A stretch of 37,512 nt of DNA, taken from IMG/VR virus record IMGVR_UViG_3300014656_000013, positions 1 to 37,512 of that record; one strand, 5' to 3'. Each line of letters opens with the position of its first letter. The first letter of the stretch is position 1. The notes beneath the pieces are model-generated. The model had not been told where the DNA came from. It ran no database searches and was given only the letters and a program-made list of their open reading frames with translations. Positions 34,832 to 37,512 of the stretch are shown here, one piece after another. The DNA is from a virus (Duplodnaviria; Caudoviricetes). A program made the translations under genes and the position numbers.

Positions 34832-34878
34832 AGCGCCGAACTGGCCGCCCCCCCTGGTCAGCCCGGCGCTGTTTTTTT
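34832..34878 (+). terminator. Intrinsic terminator at the convergence of the two arms
   Basis: AGCGCCG..CTGGCC / GGTCAG..CGGCGCT stem followed by T7 (34872-34878). Confidence 0.78.
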
Positions 34879-35025
34879 GAGGGCGGCGCGGTAGGCGGCG
34901 ATGCGGTCGCTGAGGTCGTCGTCATCTAGTGGGCCCAAGTCCTCGTGCAGCGCCACCGCGTCGCGCATGGCTTGGTCGCAGTCAGACTTTGCGGCAGTCG
35001 ACCATCTTTGACATCGTCTCGCCAT
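34858..35025 (-). CDS. Possible small protein (55 aa)
   Basis: MARRCQRWSTAAKSDCDQAMRDAVALHEDLGPLDDDDLSDRIAAYRAALKKTAPG fills an otherwise empty gap; the start is uncertain. Confidence 0.35.
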   Translation of the reverse strand: MARRCQRWSTAAKSDCDQAMRDAVALHEDLGPLDDDDLSDRIAAYRAALKKTAPG

Positions 35026-35428
35026 AGGTGATCTTCATCCGCTCCACCTCGGCTTTCAACCCGGTACCCACGTGCGTTGTCATCACGGCCCCGCAATCGG
35101 GGCAGCGAAACTCGGCGACGGCATCGGTTTTGAGTGCTTCCACCTCCGCCCTCGTCTCAGCCAGCTTCGTGGCCAGCTCGTCGTTCTGGCGGCGGGTGGC
35201 GTCGCGTTCTGCGATGCATTCGTTCATCGCCGCTGCCGCCGCCTCGGCCCCAAGCTCCTCCACCTCACGCATCGTGAACGGTGGCGTCGGCGACACGTCG
35301 GAGCCCCAGATGATCGATTCGTTCCCGCCGCCGCAGCGGAGCCACTTGATCCGGTTTCGCAGCGCGCCGAGCCATGTGCCGCCCTTACGCATCAGTTCCT
35401 CGGGGTACACCCGCTCCCTGTCACTCAT
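34982..35428 (-). CDS. Mosaic hypothetical protein with coiled coil and CPDCG motif (148 aa)
   Basis: ATG 35428 with GGAGG SD. Confidence 0.72.
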   Translation of the reverse strand: MSDRERVYPEELMRKGGTWLGALRNRIKWLRCGGGNESIIWGSDVSPTPPFTMREVEELGAEAAAAAMNECIAERDATRRQNDELATKLAETRAEVEALKTDAVAEFRCPDCGAVMTTHVGTGLKAEVERMKITYGETMSKMVDCRKV

Positions 35429-36236
35429 GCTCGCCTCCCATCTCCACCACCGTCCCGCTCCACACGGAGCGCATGTCCGGCCCTGCGTGCAGTCGCCATG
35501 TTCCCCTGTCGTGGCTCGGCACCAGTCCGCGGCGCCACAACGTAGCGCCGGCAGCGTACGGGTACTCGCCGGGAGCATGCTTGACGTATTGCCACGACGA
35601 GACGCGTGGGAATAGCGAGCCGATGTAGGCCCCCACCGAGTCCCACACTGAGTCCCTCACCGAGACCCCCACCGAGGCCCACACTGAGACCCCCACCGAG
35701 TCCCTCACCGAGTCCCACACTGAGTCCCTCACCGAGACCCCCACCGAGGCCCACACTGAGACCCTCACCGAGTCCCTCACCGAGACCCCCACCGAGTCCC
35801 TCACCGAGGCCCACTGCCGCAGCAAATCGATCTCGCTGCCGTCGCATGCCGCAGTCGCGGCGCGCGGATCAACTGGGTACAGCGCCTCTTCGAGCAGCCA
35901 CCCGAGACGCTCATGCTCAGCGCGCGCCAACCGTCGCACCTCGTCAGGCTCGACGCGACCGACGACGCGCAACCGCTCGTGGCAGAGTTTGAGCGGCGCC
36001 TCACCAGCGCTGCGCCCCCCGACCTCGCAGCGGTACACGTGCTCGTCGGCTCGCCACACGCCGCGATAGATGAGGCCCTCAATCGGCGTGGCGTACAGAC
36101 CGCGCACGCAGCCGCTCTCGCCGGGCTCACCGACGCGCTGCTCCGTCTGCCACTCGTCCAAGCGGTATTCGTGGTCCTGGTACGGAGACAGCAGCTTGCC
36201 GTCGCGCTCGCGTAGGACTTTGTAGTGGTCACTCAT
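35421..36236 (-). CDS. Hypothetical protein with SV(R/W/G)(D/V/A) tetrapeptide repeats (271 aa)
   Basis: GGAGG SD; N-terminal YK...C..GLYA...VYRCEVGG...K domain common in phage repeat proteins. Confidence 0.8.
   Translation of the reverse strand: MSDHYKVLRERDGKLLSPYQDHEYRLDEWQTEQRVGEPGESGCVRGLYATPIEGLIYRGVWRADEHVYRCEVGGRSAGEAPLKLCHERLRVVGRVEPDEVRRLARAEHERLGWLLEEALYPVDPRAATAACDGSEIDLLRQWASVRDSVGVSVRDSVRVSVWASVGVSVRDSVWDSVRDSVGVSVWASVGVSVRDSVWDSVGAYIGSLFPRVSSWQYVKHAPGEYPYAAGATLWRRGLVPSHDRGTWRLHAGPDMRSVWSGTVVEMGGEHE
35628..35813. repeat. 12-bp coding tandem repeat, 15 full units
   Basis: Unit G(G/T/A)C CC(C/A/T) CAC (C/T)GA on the + strand. Confidence 0.93.
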
Positions 36237-36594
36237 GCTCGCCTCCCTTCGGTTCGCTCAGCACGCGGAGAGCGGCGCGGCACGCACAGATGATGCACCC
36301 GCAATCCAGATTGCACGTCTCGAATTCCCACCCGAAGCCCCCATCCTCGGCGCATGAGACGACGTCCTGGATCGTCGTTTCCAGCGCGGTGATGCGGGCG
36401 ACTTGCTCCGGGGACGCGTTGCAGGCTCCGACGATGTGGTTCGCCAAGTCCTCGGCCTCCTCGTCCTCTTCGGCGTCGAGCTGCATGATGGCGATGTCGC
36501 GCGGGCCATGTGTCGGCAGATCGTACTGCTGGAGGAACAGCAACGGGTCGCCTTGCTCATCCTCGCCCCAGTACCACCTCAGTCTGCTACTCAT
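36229..36594 (-). CDS. Hypothetical protein with Cys-rich C-terminus (121 aa)
   Basis: ATG 36594 with GGAGG SD; A.HIVGACNA motif; CNLDCGCIICAC. Confidence 0.72.
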   Translation of the reverse strand: MSSRLRWYWGEDEQGDPLLFLQQYDLPTHGPRDIAIMQLDAEEDEEAEDLANHIVGACNASPEQVARITALETTIQDVVSCAEDGGFGWEFETCNLDCGCIICACRAALRVLSEPKGGEHE

Positions 36595-37081
36595 CGTCTC
36601 GTCCTCCCGATGCGGCCAGCCGGCACAGCACATCATCCGGCGGCGTCCAGAGCCCCAGCATGCCGCGGCACTCGACCCACTTGGTAGCCTTGACGTCGGT
36701 GAGCACAAGAGCATAGCCGCCCTCCCACCAGCGAAGGTCAAGGGCGTCCGGTTCGGTGCCGTCCAGCCCGCGCGCCACCAGTTCTGGGCTGAAGTCCCCA
36801 CCGGGCTCGATGTGCCCCACCGCGGTGCAGCGAGCAAAGATGCCGCCAGCCGTGTGCAGAACACGGTGATGCAACCGTGTGTGATCGGCGTGGTCGATCA
36901 GCCCGCGCTCCAGCATCCAGCCGAGCGCAGACACGTCCCACGACTTGGCGGCGTGCAGCAGCAACGGCCCGCGGTGTCTGCAAATGGTCGGCATGCGACC
37001 GTCCTTGCGCGACCGGTTCTCGATGCGCTTGCCGTGCACGATTGCCCACGGCCAGGGCCGACTAAGAGACAGAGCTTTCAC
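36587..37081 (-). CDS. ASCH-domain protein (164 aa)
   Basis: KALSLSRPWPWAIVHGKRIENR...HRGPLLLHAAK...CRGMLGLW signature; GTG start with AGGAGG SD. Confidence 0.87.
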   Translation of the reverse strand: MKALSLSRPWPWAIVHGKRIENRSRKDGRMPTICRHRGPLLLHAAKSWDVSALGWMLERGLIDHADHTRLHHRVLHTAGGIFARCTAVGHIEPGGDFSPELVARGLDGTEPDALDLRWWEGGYALVLTDVKATKWVECRGMLGLWTPPDDVLCRLAASGGRDDE

Positions 37082-37512
37082 GACCCCTCCTCTGCCAGCC
37101 GCCGAAGGGCTGCGCTGACAGCCTCGGCACAGACGTCGCAAGCGTCGTTCCACACTTCGTGGTCCGGCGTCAGCAGCGGGTGTACCTGCTGGTCGTTGCA
37201 AGCCTGGACAGCGCGCGCCACCACCTCGGCGCGCTGGGGCTCTGATTGCGAGGCACATCTCACACACGCGGTGGGCCCGCCAGCCACGAGGCACCCGCAC
37301 CCACGACACACGCGAATGGTACCGAAGGGTGGAGCGAAGGCACCATCGCCTACGGGTCGCCATTGCCACCCTCTCTCGTGCACTTCGGCAGGCACCTCCC
37401 CCGCCGCCGGCTTGGGTGGTGGGTCGCCGTCACCGTCGTGAACCGGACACTCAGCGTCAGGGTCGCCGCATTCGCACGCAGGCACCTCCCCCGCCGCGGG
37501 CTGGGGTGGACA
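37078..37512 (-). CDS. 3' part of the origin-spanning 563-aa mosaic protein (starts at 1294)
   Basis: Frame is continuous with 1294 to 1 through the 37-bp overlap; TGA overlaps the ASCH GTG. Confidence 0.85.
   Translation of the reverse strand, partial: CPPQPAAGEVPACECGDPDAECPVHDGDGDPPPKPAAGEVPAEVHERGWQWRPVGDGAFAPPFGTIRVCRGCGCLVAGGPTACVRCASQSEPQRAEVVARAVQACNDQQVHPLLTPDHEVWNDACDVCAEAVSAALRRLAEEGS
37476..37512. repeat. Terminal direct repeat / assembly overlap (right copy)
   Basis: Identical to 1-37. Confidence 0.97.

Larger units (their letters stand above)
1..37512. mobile_element. Complete circular(ly permuted) podovirus-like tailed phage genome, unit length 37,475 bp
   Basis: 37-bp terminal overlap with an ORF in frame across it. 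Gene order is terminase-portal-scaffold-capsid-adaptor-nozzle-ejection-lysis. No tape-measure, sheath or baseplate genes recognised. Confidence 0.93.

Noticed and set aside
35628-35813. CRISPR array or DGR variable region
   Set aside because: Units are contiguous 12-mers without spacers and in frame within a CDS. No cas or reverse transcriptase gene and no template repeat were seen.
1-37512. Alternative genetic code or tRNA genes
   Set aside because: Core genes are full length under the standard code using normal stops, and no cloverleaf with a T-loop consensus was seen in the few intergenic gaps.

Overview
The window looks like a complete, circularly permuted genome of a high-GC podovirus-like dsDNA phage. 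Bases 1-37 are identical to 37476-37512, giving a unit length of 37,475 bp. A 563-aa minus-strand ORF that is absent from the supplied track reads in frame across that junction. A leftward early/accessory arm runs from 5303 to 1 and continues from 37475 to about 34860. It holds a RecE-like PD-(D/E)XK nuclease, an SSB-like partner, a coiled-coil protein, an ASCH protein and mosaic Cys-rich proteins. A divergent control region lies at 5304-5520. The rightward arm encodes an HTH protein, an SF2 helicase, a metallopeptidase, a VRR-NUC nuclease, a DNA methyltransferase, a primase-helicase, small and large terminase, portal, scaffold, major capsid, adaptor, nozzle, probable ejection proteins, a LamG-like tail fibre, a pentapeptide protein and a lysis cassette, and ends at an intrinsic terminator. 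I found no integrase, CI-type repressor, DNA polymerase, tRNA or CRISPR array. The most notable non-coding signals are a pseudoknot-capable element before the primase gene, a cluster of DnaA-box-like 9-mers after it, a sigma54-like promoter with three 19-bp repeats beside a Fis-like HTH gene, and an RBS-occluding leader before the capsid gene. All product calls come from motif recognition and synteny, not database searches.
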